Notes under the pieces: model-generated | Databases searched by the model: none | Told to the model about the DNA's origin: nothing | What the model saw: only the letters and a program-made list of their open reading frames with translations | Translations under genes and position numbers: made by a program | Assembly: GCA_964401865.1 (NCBI GenBank) | Contig: CAYNZZ010000002.1 | Span: forward strand, 30,001 to 62,000 | Source: an uncultured Erysipelotrichaceae bacterium | GTDB taxonomy: Bacteria > Bacillota_I > Bacilli_A > Erysipelotrichales > Erysipelotrichaceae | DNA: 32,000 bases | Reading direction: 5' to 3' | In this document: one piece after another, positions 16,413-24,793 of the stretch | Position numbering within the stretch: position 1 is the first letter of the stretch | Layout: each line of letters begins with the position of its first letter

Positions 16413-19400
16413 ATGACTAAAACATTTATGTCAATGGATGGTAATACAGCAACTGCTCATTGTGCTTATGCATTTACTGAAGTAGCTTGTATTTATCCTA
16501 TTACTCCGTCTTCTCCGATGGCGGAAGTTATTGATGTGTGGGCATCTCAAGGCAGAAAGAATATTTTTGACAAGGTTATAAAAGTAGTTGAGATGCAAGC
16601 AGAAGGTGGTGCTGCTGGTGCTGTTCATGGTGCTTTACAGGGTGGTACTTTAGCTTCGACTTTCACAGCATCTCAAGGTCTTTTATTGATGATTCCAAAC
16701 ATTTACAAGATGACTGGTGAATTATTACCAGGTGTAATTCATGTCGCAGCTAGAGCGTTAGCTGGAAGATCTTTGTCTATTTTTGGTGATCATCAGGATG
16801 TTTATGCTTGCCGCCAAACCGGTGTATGTATGCTTGCTTCCCATTCTGTTCAAGAATGTATGGATTTAGCAGGTGTAGCTCACTTGTCAGCAATTAAGGG
16901 TTCTCTACCTTTTATTCATTTTTTTGATGGTTTTAGAACTTCTCATGAAATTCAAAAGATTGAAGTAATGGATCAGGAATTCTTGAAGAGTTTAGTAGAT
17001 TTTGATGCAGTTGAACGTTTCCGTGCAAATGCATTGAATCCACATTCCAATCCAGTGACTCGTGGTGGCGCTGAGAATGACGATGTTTTCTTTGCTGGCA
17101 AAGAGGCACAAAGACATTTCCATGATGATATGCCTGATATCGTTAATGCATATATGCAAGAGATTTCAAAACATACAGGTCGTCACTATGCTCCATTTAC
17201 ATATTATGGTGCTGAAGATGCTGAAAGAATTATTGTTGCAATGGGTTCTGTTACTGAGACGATTAAGGAAACTGTTGATACTTTAGTGGCTAATGGCGAA
17301 AAAGTCGGATTGATTAAAGTCCATCTATTCCGTCCATTCTCGACTAAATATTTAGAAGCTGTACTTCCAAGTACGGTTAAGAAGATTGCTGTTTTGGATA
17401 GAAGTGCTGAACCAGGTGCAAGAGAGCCATTATATTTAGATGTATGTGCTTCATTGAAACATCATAAAGGTTTAGAAATCATTGGCGGACGTTATGGATT
17501 GAGTTCTCATGATACAGCTCCTAACCAAATTAAGGCTGTTTTCGATGTGTTGAAACAAGATGAAATGCCTGATGAATTTACTATTGGTATCAATGATGAT
17601 GTCAACCATTTATCTCTTCCACTCGATGAAGATTTTCATAATTCACGTGATTACACATCTTGTTTGTTCTATGGTTTAGGTAGTGATGGAACAGTGAGCG
17701 CCAATAAGTCATCTATTAAGATTATTGGTGATAATACTGACCAATATGCTCAAGCGTATTTCCAATATGATTCTCGTAAAGCTGGTGGTGTAACTCGTTC
17801 GCATTTACGTTTTGGACCTACACCAATTCGTTCAACTTATTATATTGATAACGCTGATTTCGTATCTTGTTCATTAGATGCTTACTGTTTTAAATATGAT
17901 ATGACCAAGAGCTTAAAGTATGGTGGTACTTTCTTACTTAATACAACATTCTCTAAAGATGAGATTGAACAGCATTTGCCAAACAGAATGCTAGCTGGTT
18001 TAGCTAAGAAAAATGCTAAATTCTATATTATTGATGCCACTAAGATTGCACTTGAAATTGGTATGGGTAGAAGAACTAATACTATCTTACAATCTGCTTT
18101 CTTTGCGTTAAATGAACAAATAATGCCTTATGACAAAGCTGTTGAATTGATGAAGTATATGGCTGAAAAGACATATTCTAAGAAGGGTGACGATGTTGTT
18201 GCGCTGAACTTCAAAGCCATAGATGAAGGTAAATCTGGACTTATTGAAATTGAAGTAAAACCTGAATGGGCTTCGCTTCCATATGATAAGAGTCGCGTAT
18301 TGACTGGCGATGAATACTTCGATATTCATGTAATGGGTATCAACTCACTTGATGGTTATGATCTTCCTACTAGCAATTTTACTAAGTATGGTCTTGCTGA
18401 TGGTTCAATCAAGAATGGCATTTCGTTCAAGGAAAAGAGAACAATCGCTATTCAAGTACCTACTTGGAATCCTGATAACTGTATTCAATGTGGTTTCTGT
18501 TCATTTGTATGTCCTCATGCAACAATTAGACCATTCTTGTTGACTGAAGAAGAAATTAAGAATGCGCCTATGGAGTTCAAATCGATTCCTGCTATGGGCA
18601 AAGGTGTTGAAAATCTTAGATATCGTATCCAAGTTTCACCTGCTAACTGTGTAGGATGTGGCTTATGTGTTACCGAATGTCCAGGTAAGGGTGGCAATAA
18701 AGCTTTATCTATGGAAGATATCAATATTAAACTTGATCAAGAACCTCTTGCAGATTACTTGTTTAAAGAAACAGAATACAAGACTCAATATTTCCCAACA
18801 ACTACTGTTAAGGGTTCACAGTTTATGATGCCTTATTTTGAAGTATCTGGTTCTTGTCCAGGATGTGGTGAAACTCCATACTATAAATTAGCTTCTCAAT
18901 TATTTGGTAAAGATATGTTAGTAGCTAATGCAACTGGATGTTCAATGATTTACTGTTCAAGCGTTCCATCTTCTCCATTTGTAAATGATAAAGAAGGAAA
19001 TGGTGTTGCATGGGCTAACTCATTGTTTGAAGATAACGCTGAATATGGTTTCGGTATGGCTATTGCTCAAAACTATAAAGAAGCTCATATCTTAGAAATT
19101 ATGGAAAATAATTTAGATGGTGATTGTAAAGAAGCATTTGAGAAATACTTAGCTTGTGGTGGCGATCGTGATGCACAAAGAGCATGTAAGGATGAAGTCA
19201 TCAATGCTGTCAAGAATTCTAACAATCCTAATGTAAAAGAATTATTAGATTACGAAAGAGATCTAGTTTCTAAATCGGTATGGATCGTTGGCGGTGATGG
19301 TTGGGCATACGATATTGGATATGGCGGATTAGACCATGTTATTGCCAATGATTTGAATGTAAATATTTTGGTTCTTGATACTGAAGTATATTCTAATACA

Positions 19401-19910
19401 GGTGGACAATCTTCTAAATCATCTCAAGCAGCTTCAATTGCTAAGTTTACTGCTGGTGGTAAAGCTACTGCTAAGAAAGATTTGGGTATGATTGCAATGG
19501 CATACGGACATGTATATGTAGCTTCTGTTGCCATGGGTGCAAATCGTCAACAAACTTTGAATGCTTTCATTGAAGCTGAAAGTTATGATGGACCATCCTT
19601 AATTGTTGCTTACTCACCATGCGTTGAACATGGTATTAAAGGTGGATTATCTAATCATCAAAGAGTTCAAGCTAATGCTGTTGAGTGTGGCTATACTACT
19701 CTTTATCGTTTCGATCCTCGTAAGGAACAACCGCTTACAATTGATTCTAAAGAACCTAATTGGGATAAATTCCATGACTTCTTGATGAACGAGACTCGCT
19801 TTGCTCAATTGATTAAATTAAAGGGCGAAGAAAAAGCTAATGAAATGATGAACAAGACACTTCAGGACGCTCAAAAACGTTACGCTCGTTTAAAAGAAAT
19901 GCAAAAATAG
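16413..19910 (+). CDS. nifJ: Pyruvate:ferredoxin (flavodoxin) oxidoreductase, single-polypeptide type
   Basis: 1165 aa, with AGGAGG upstream of the start. Two 4Fe-4S ferredoxin motifs (CIQCGFCSFVCP, CVGCGLCVTECP) and the TPP-binding GGDGWAYDIGYGGLDHV motif. Full-length PFOR layout. Confidence 0.96.
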   Translation: MTKTFMSMDGNTATAHCAYAFTEVACIYPITPSSPMAEVIDVWASQGRKNIFDKVIKVVEMQAEGGAAGAVHGALQGGTLASTFTASQGLLLMIPNIYKMTGELLPGVIHVAARALAGRSLSIFGDHQDVYACRQTGVCMLASHSVQECMDLAGVAHLSAIKGSLPFIHFFDGFRTSHEIQKIEVMDQEFLKSLVDFDAVERFRANALNPHSNPVTRGGAENDDVFFAGKEAQRHFHDDMPDIVNAYMQEISKHTGRHYAPFTYYGAEDAERIIVAMGSVTETIKETVDTLVANGEKVGLIKVHLFRPFSTKYLEAVLPSTVKKIAVLDRSAEPGAREPLYLDVCASLKHHKGLEIIGGRYGLSSHDTAPNQIKAVFDVLKQDEMPDEFTIGINDDVNHLSLPLDEDFHNSRDYTSCLFYGLGSDGTVSANKSSIKIIGDNTDQYAQAYFQYDSRKAGGVTRSHLRFGPTPIRSTYYIDNADFVSCSLDAYCFKYDMTKSLKYGGTFLLNTTFSKDEIEQHLPNRMLAGLAKKNAKFYIIDATKIALEIGMGRRTNTILQSAFFALNEQIMPYDKAVELMKYMAEKTYSKKGDDVVALNFKAIDEGKSGLIEIEVKPEWASLPYDKSRVLTGDEYFDIHVMGINSLDGYDLPTSNFTKYGLADGSIKNGISFKEKRTIAIQVPTWNPDNCIQCGFCSFVCPHATIRPFLLTEEEIKNAPMEFKSIPAMGKGVENLRYRIQVSPANCVGCGLCVTECPGKGGNKALSMEDINIKLDQEPLADYLFKETEYKTQYFPTTTVKGSQFMMPYFEVSGSCPGCGETPYYKLASQLFGKDMLVANATGCSMIYCSSVPSSPFVNDKEGNGVAWANSLFEDNAEYGFGMAIAQNYKEAHILEIMENNLDGDCKEAFEKYLACGGDRDAQRACKDEVINAVKNSNNPNVKELLDYERDLVSKSVWIVGGDGWAYDIGYGGLDHVIANDLNVNILVLDTEVYSNTGGQSSKSSQAASIAKFTAGGKATAKKDLGMIAMAYGHVYVASVAMGANRQQTLNAFIEAESYDGPSLIVAYSPCVEHGIKGGLSNHQRVQANAVECGYTTLYRFDPRKEQPLTIDSKEPNWDKFHDFLMNETRFAQLIKLKGEEKANEMMNKTLQDAQKRYARLKEMQK

Positions 19911-19933
19911 TCTATTTCAATTAAATGGTATGC

Positions 19934-19967
19934 AAAAGGATAGAAGATTACTCTTCTATCCTTTTTA
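19934..19967 (+). terminator. Strong intrinsic terminator after nifJ
   Basis: Perfect 14-bp stem AAAAGGATAGAAGA (19934-19947) / TCTTCTATCCTTTT (19952-19965) with loop TTAC. The T-run is included in the stem. Confidence 0.85.
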
Positions 19968-20016
19968 TGAATTTTAAATGTTTATGATATGATAGAATAA
20001 CTGAGAGGTTATTGAT

Positions 20017-21816
20017 ATGTCTTTTTTACCAACTACTTATGAAGAAATGATAGAACAGGGGATAGAAACTCCTGATTTTGTATATGTTACTGGCGACGCC
20101 TATGTCGATCATCCATCTTTTGGGGCAGCTATTATTACCAGAATACTAGAAAATAGAGGTTATAAGGTTTGTGTTCTAGCTGAACCAGATTATAAAACTA
20201 ATAAAGATTTTAAACGTTTTGGTAAACCTCGTTTAGGTTTTTTGATTAGTGGCGGGAATATCGATTCAATGGTCAATAATTACAGTGTGGCAAAGATAAG
20301 GCGCAAACATGATGTTTATTCACACGATGGACTAAATCATCGACCTGATAGAGCTTTAATAGTATATAGTCAATTAGCCAGGAGTGCTTATCCTGATGCT
20401 GATATTTTGATTGGTGGCATTGAGTCAAGTCTTAGAAGATTGGCACATTATGATTATTGGGATGATGATTTAAGAAAGAGTGTTTTAATAGATAGTGGCG
20501 CTGATTTATTGATGTATGGAATGGGAGATATTTCTATTGTCGAGATAGCTGAAGCTTTGGATTCTGGTTTAAGAGCCAAAGATTTAGTTTACTTAGATGG
20601 CGTAGTCTATAAAACCGATGATATTTCATATTTGAGTGATGACTATATTGAACTTCCAAGTTTTAAGGAACTTAAAGAAGACAAACTGAATTATGCTAAG
20701 TCATTTAAGCTACAATATCAAAATACCGACCATTATAGTGCTAAGACTCTAGTAGAAAAGTATGATGATTTCTATATTGTACAGAATAGGCCTAATCGTC
20801 CGCTTACTCAAATGGAATTAGATGATACATATGAGCTTCCTTATGAAAGAGATTACCATTTTTCCTATAAACAAAAAGGAGAACACATATCATCTATTGA
20901 TGAAGTTAAATTCTCATTAGCGTCTAATCGCGGCTGTTTTGGTGGATGTTCGTTTTGTGCTTTAACTTTTCATCAGGGTAGAATAATTCAATCAAGATCG
21001 AAGGAATCGCTTGTTAAAGAAGCGATTAAATTAACTGAGATGGAAGACTTTAAAGGATATATTCACGATGTAGGTGGGCCAACTGCCAATTTCTATAATA
21101 AGGCTTGCGATAAACAAAAGAAATATGGCGTCTGCACTAATAGAGCGTGTCTGTCGCCACGCTGTCCAAATTTAAAAGTTTCTCACACTGATTACTTAGA
21201 TATTTTAAGAGCGATAAGAAGCATTGACGGAATCAAGAAAGTTTTTGTCAGAAGTGGAATAAGATATGATTATTTAATTTATGATGAAGATGAAACATTC
21301 TTTAATGAACTTGTTGAACATCATATTTCTGGTCAATTAAAGGTGGCTCCTGAACATATTGCTGACGAAGTACTAGATGTAATGGGCAAACCTCGTCATG
21401 ATGTATATGAATGCTTTAAGAAAAAATACGAAGAGATAAACAAGAGACATAATAAAGATCAGTACTTGGTTCCTTATTTGATGTCTTCACATCCTGGAAG
21501 CGACATCAATAGTGCCATTGCTTTGGCTGAATACTTGCGCGATATTCATTATCAACCAAAACAGGTACAGGATTTCTATCCGACTCCTTCAACTATTTCA
21601 ACAGTTATTTATTATACAGGCGTTCATCCTTTGACTAATAAAGAAGTATTTGTTGAAAAGAGTCCGCATGGCAAAGCGATTCAAAGAGCTTTGATGCAAT
21701 ATAAAAATCCAAAGAACTATTCATTGGTTTACGAAGCACTTGTGAAAGCTAATCGTTTAGATTTAGTTGGCTATGGTCCAAAATGTTTAATTAAACCTAG
21801 GAGGGTGAAAAAATGA
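20017..21816 (+). CDS. ygiQ: YgiQ family (UPF0313) radical SAM protein
   Basis: N-terminus FLPTTYEEM...VYVTGDAYVDHPSFGAAII is typical of the YgiQ N-domain. Radical SAM cluster motif CFGGCSFC (CX3CX2C). 599 aa. Confidence 0.88.
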   Translation: MSFLPTTYEEMIEQGIETPDFVYVTGDAYVDHPSFGAAIITRILENRGYKVCVLAEPDYKTNKDFKRFGKPRLGFLISGGNIDSMVNNYSVAKIRRKHDVYSHDGLNHRPDRALIVYSQLARSAYPDADILIGGIESSLRRLAHYDYWDDDLRKSVLIDSGADLLMYGMGDISIVEIAEALDSGLRAKDLVYLDGVVYKTDDISYLSDDYIELPSFKELKEDKLNYAKSFKLQYQNTDHYSAKTLVEKYDDFYIVQNRPNRPLTQMELDDTYELPYERDYHFSYKQKGEHISSIDEVKFSLASNRGCFGGCSFCALTFHQGRIIQSRSKESLVKEAIKLTEMEDFKGYIHDVGGPTANFYNKACDKQKKYGVCTNRACLSPRCPNLKVSHTDYLDILRAIRSIDGIKKVFVRSGIRYDYLIYDEDETFFNELVEHHISGQLKVAPEHIADEVLDVMGKPRHDVYECFKKKYEEINKRHNKDQYLVPYLMSSHPGSDINSAIALAEYLRDIHYQPKQVQDFYPTPSTISTVIYYTGVHPLTNKEVFVEKSPHGKAIQRALMQYKNPKNYSLVYEALVKANRLDLVGYGPKCLIKPRRVKK

Positions 21817-22244
21817 AAAAGAAAATAATATATGTATTATCTGCTCTTGCAGTATTGGTGTTTGCATTTGTAATATACTATTTTAATATCGAACAAAGAA
21901 AAGATAATGGCACTAAAACAATAAACATTAGTATTGTTGTCGAACAGAATGCAATATTTAGCGATTCTTTTAAGACTAATTCTTCAACACTTGAGGAATT
22001 GTTGGTTGAATTAAATGAAGAAGGAAAGATTTTTTTAGATTACGAAAATTCAGAATATGGTATGTACATTAAGGGTATGGGCAAAGAAGAATTAATAGTT
22101 GAGGATCCTTCATCATCTAAATATTGGACATATTCTTCTGATAATAACGATGATTGTTTAAAAAATGCTTTTTGTCCAGCTGCCAGCAGTTTGATAATAA
22201 ATGATGGAGATACGTTTGTTTTCGAATTGATAAAATATGAATGA
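21813..22244 (+). CDS. DUF4430 (transcobalamin-like C-terminal domain) protein with an N-terminal membrane anchor
   Basis: The ATGA start overlaps the ygiQ stop. One TM/signal-anchor helix, then the STLEELLVEL...GMYIKGMG...KYWTYSSDNN...LIINDGDTFVFEL pattern of DUF4430. Confidence 0.65.
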   Translation: MKKKIIYVLSALAVLVFAFVIYYFNIEQRKDNGTKTINISIVVEQNAIFSDSFKTNSSTLEELLVELNEEGKIFLDYENSEYGMYIKGMGKEELIVEDPSSSKYWTYSSDNNDDCLKNAFCPAASSLIINDGDTFVFELIKYE

Positions 22245-22731
22245 TATCAGAAGACTTGTTTATGATTCCGTTTTAGTATCTATATTAGTTGTGATAAAGG
22301 AAGCATTATCGTTTATCCCTAATGTCGAACTTGTCACCTTATTATTTATAGTCTATGCTTTGAATATGCGGATATTTGATTTATTACTGATATCTTTTGT
22401 ATTTTCACTTATCGAAAACATTTTGTATGGTTTTAATATTTATTCTCTTTGTTACTTTGTTGTGTGGGGGATAATTGTTTGTGTATCTTATCTTTTTAGA
22501 TATAAGCTTACCGATGAGTATAAAGTAGCTACATTGTCGCTGACTTTTGGCTTATTATTTGATGTTCCTTTTAGTATTCCATATTTTTTACTCGGCATAA
22601 ATGTTGGTATATCTTATTTATTGAGTGGCTTGTTATTTACATTAGTTCATGGCATTAGTAATTTTATAGTTGCTTTATTACTGTTTAAACCAATTAATTC
22701 AAGTTTTAAGAAATTATGTCAATTTAAATGA
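22237..22731 (+). CDS. Small polytopic membrane protein, ECF-transporter S-component-like
   Basis: 164 aa with about 5-6 hydrophobic helices and an IPNVELVTLL segment reminiscent of S-component families. Overlaps the DUF4430 gene by 8 nt. The assignment is tentative. Confidence 0.4.
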   Translation: MNDIRRLVYDSVLVSILVVIKEALSFIPNVELVTLLFIVYALNMRIFDLLLISFVFSLIENILYGFNIYSLCYFVVWGIIVCVSYLFRYKLTDEYKVATLSLTFGLLFDVPFSIPYFLLGINVGISYLLSGLLFTLVHGISNFIVALLLFKPINSSFKKLCQFK

Positions 22732-22758
22732 ATTGATGTTTATTGTATAATGATTTAT

Positions 22759-23784
22759 ATGAAAGTTTTGTTATATTTTGAAAATGAAAAAATGTTATCA
22801 ATTTCTGGAATTGGACGAGCAAAAAAACATCAGATGATGGCTTTGCAAAGTGCAGGAGTAGATTTTACTACTGATCCTTTTGATGATTTTGATATTTTAC
22901 ATATCAATACATGTTATTTAAATTCTGCTCCGATCATAAATAAAGCTCATAGTGAAGGCAAGGCGGTTATATATCACGCTCACTCTACTGAAGAAGATTT
23001 TCGCAATTCTTTTTTGTTCTCTAATCAAATATCTCCTCTTGTTAAGAAATTTTTGGTCGGTTTATATTCAAAAGCAGATGAAATTATTACACCGACACCA
23101 TATTCAAAAAAACTGTTAGAAGGTTATGGTATTAAATTACCTATTACCGCCATTTCTAACGGCATTGATTTAACAAGATTTCAATATGATGAAGAGAAAA
23201 TTAAGGCATTTTATCGTTATTTTGGCTTAAATAAAGAAGATAAAATCGTTATGAGCGTTGGACTACTTTTTGAAAGAAAAGGAATTCTGGATTTCTTCGA
23301 GGTAGCTAAACGATTGCCACAATATAAATTTATTTGGTTTGGTGATACGCCGTCAATTTCAATTCCACCAGCAATTAATAAAGCAGTTTTAGATCGCCCA
23401 ATAAATGTGATTATGCCCGGTTATGTAAAGGGTGGAATAATAGAAGGTGCTTATATGGCAAGCGATTGTTTCTTTTTCCCGTCTTATGAAGAAACCGAGG
23501 GCATTGTTGTACTAGAAGCGATGGCTTCAAAACAACATATTATCGTTCGTGATATTGGCGTTTTTGATGGTTGGCTTAATGATAAAGAAAATTGTTACAA
23601 AGGTAAAAATAACGATGAATTTGTTGAACTGATAACCGGAATTGTAGAAGGGAAATTAAATGATACTAGTGAAGGAGCTTATAATACCGCAAAGAATCGT
23701 TCGATTGAAAAAATTGGTCAAGAATTAAAAGTAGTTTACACTAGAGTTTATAATAATATGACATATGAAAAAAATATTCAGTAA
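22759..23784 (+). CDS. GT4 glycosyltransferase, CpoA/alDGS-like (second sugar of a diglycosyl-diacylglycerol)
   Basis: MKVLLYFENEKMLSISGIGRAKKHQMMAL N-terminus and EETEGIVVLEAMA (GT4 E-x7-E region). ATG 22750 is the alternative start and neither start has a Shine-Dalgarno sequence. TATAAT at 22746-22751. Confidence 0.75.
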   Translation: MKVLLYFENEKMLSISGIGRAKKHQMMALQSAGVDFTTDPFDDFDILHINTCYLNSAPIINKAHSEGKAVIYHAHSTEEDFRNSFLFSNQISPLVKKFLVGLYSKADEIITPTPYSKKLLEGYGIKLPITAISNGIDLTRFQYDEEKIKAFYRYFGLNKEDKIVMSVGLLFERKGILDFFEVAKRLPQYKFIWFGDTPSISIPPAINKAVLDRPINVIMPGYVKGGIIEGAYMASDCFFFPSYEETEGIVVLEAMASKQHIIVRDIGVFDGWLNDKENCYKGKNNDEFVELITGIVEGKLNDTSEGAYNTAKNRSIEKIGQELKVVYTRVYNNMTYEKNIQ

Positions 23785-24793
23785 TTATTTATTTAATATT
23801 CTGCTAATTTTAGGCATTGGAGCAATTGTAATATATTTTTCTCTATCTGGAAATGAAGAAGGAGTTTTTGAAGCCTTTAATAGCATTCGCATTGAATATA
23901 TGTTGTTGTGCTTATTGCTTTTATTTTTATGGCAATTTTCAGTTGGCTCAATACTTACAATTTTTGCGAAATTATACCGTCCTAAATATCGTTACTCACA
24001 AGGCTTATTGAATTCCATTGTCGCATCCTTTTTTCATGGTATTACACCTAGCGCATCAGGCGGACAGATTGCTCAATTTTATGTTTTTAAAAAACAGGGT
24101 ATTCAAACTGGTGAGGCTGGTTCAATTTTGTGGACTGAGTTTATTGTTTATCAAAGTACGATGTGTGTTTTAGGGTTGATATTGATTCTTTTGAAGTTTC
24201 CTTTTTTCTTTAATCGGTATTCAAATCTATTTATTTTTGTTATCGTGGGTTTTGTATTAAATGCTTCGATTATTTTTGCCTTGTACGCCTTAGCGAAATT
24301 CAAAAGAGTTCACAATTGGATAATGACAAAAGGTGTTGATTTAGCATATAAATTTCACATTATTAAAGATAAAGAAAAAGCTATTGATAGTATAAATGTG
24401 CAATTAAATAAGTTTACATATGAAGCTTCACATTTTAAAGAGCATAAAAAAGAACTGTTTTTTTCAGTTGTATTATGTGTGGTTAGATTAGTTATTTATT
24501 ATTCAATTCCATTTGTAATATTTGTAGCAATGGGCATCCATGCTGATTTTGATTTGTTTATTAATTGTTTGGCAATGGGTTCTTTTGTATCCATTGTTTC
24601 AGGACTTATTCCTATACCTGGTGCTAGTGGAGGAGCTGAAGCGATATTTGTTATGATGTTTAGCAATTTATTTGATCCTACCTTGGTTACAAGTGTTATG
24701 CTGATATGGCGTTTTTTGACCTATTATTTAATAATTTTGGTAGGCAGTTTGTGTTTTATATATGCAAAAATGATGAAAGTTGAGGAAGACTAA
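23765..24793 (+). CDS. UPF0104 / lysyl-phosphatidylglycerol-synthase-TM-region-like (flippase-like) membrane protein
   Basis: About 8 TM helices with GITPSASGGQIAQ and PIPGASGGAEA motifs typical of the MprF-flippase-like family. No C-terminal synthase domain. Overlaps the upstream GT4 gene by 20 nt. Confidence 0.75.
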   Translation: MKKIFSNYLFNILLILGIGAIVIYFSLSGNEEGVFEAFNSIRIEYMLLCLLLLFLWQFSVGSILTIFAKLYRPKYRYSQGLLNSIVASFFHGITPSASGGQIAQFYVFKKQGIQTGEAGSILWTEFIVYQSTMCVLGLILILLKFPFFFNRYSNLFIFVIVGFVLNASIIFALYALAKFKRVHNWIMTKGVDLAYKFHIIKDKEKAIDSINVQLNKFTYEASHFKEHKKELFFSVVLCVVRLVIYYSIPFVIFVAMGIHADFDLFINCLAMGSFVSIVSGLIPIPGASGGAEAIFVMMFSNLFDPTLVTSVMLIWRFLTYYLIILVGSLCFIYAKMMKVEED

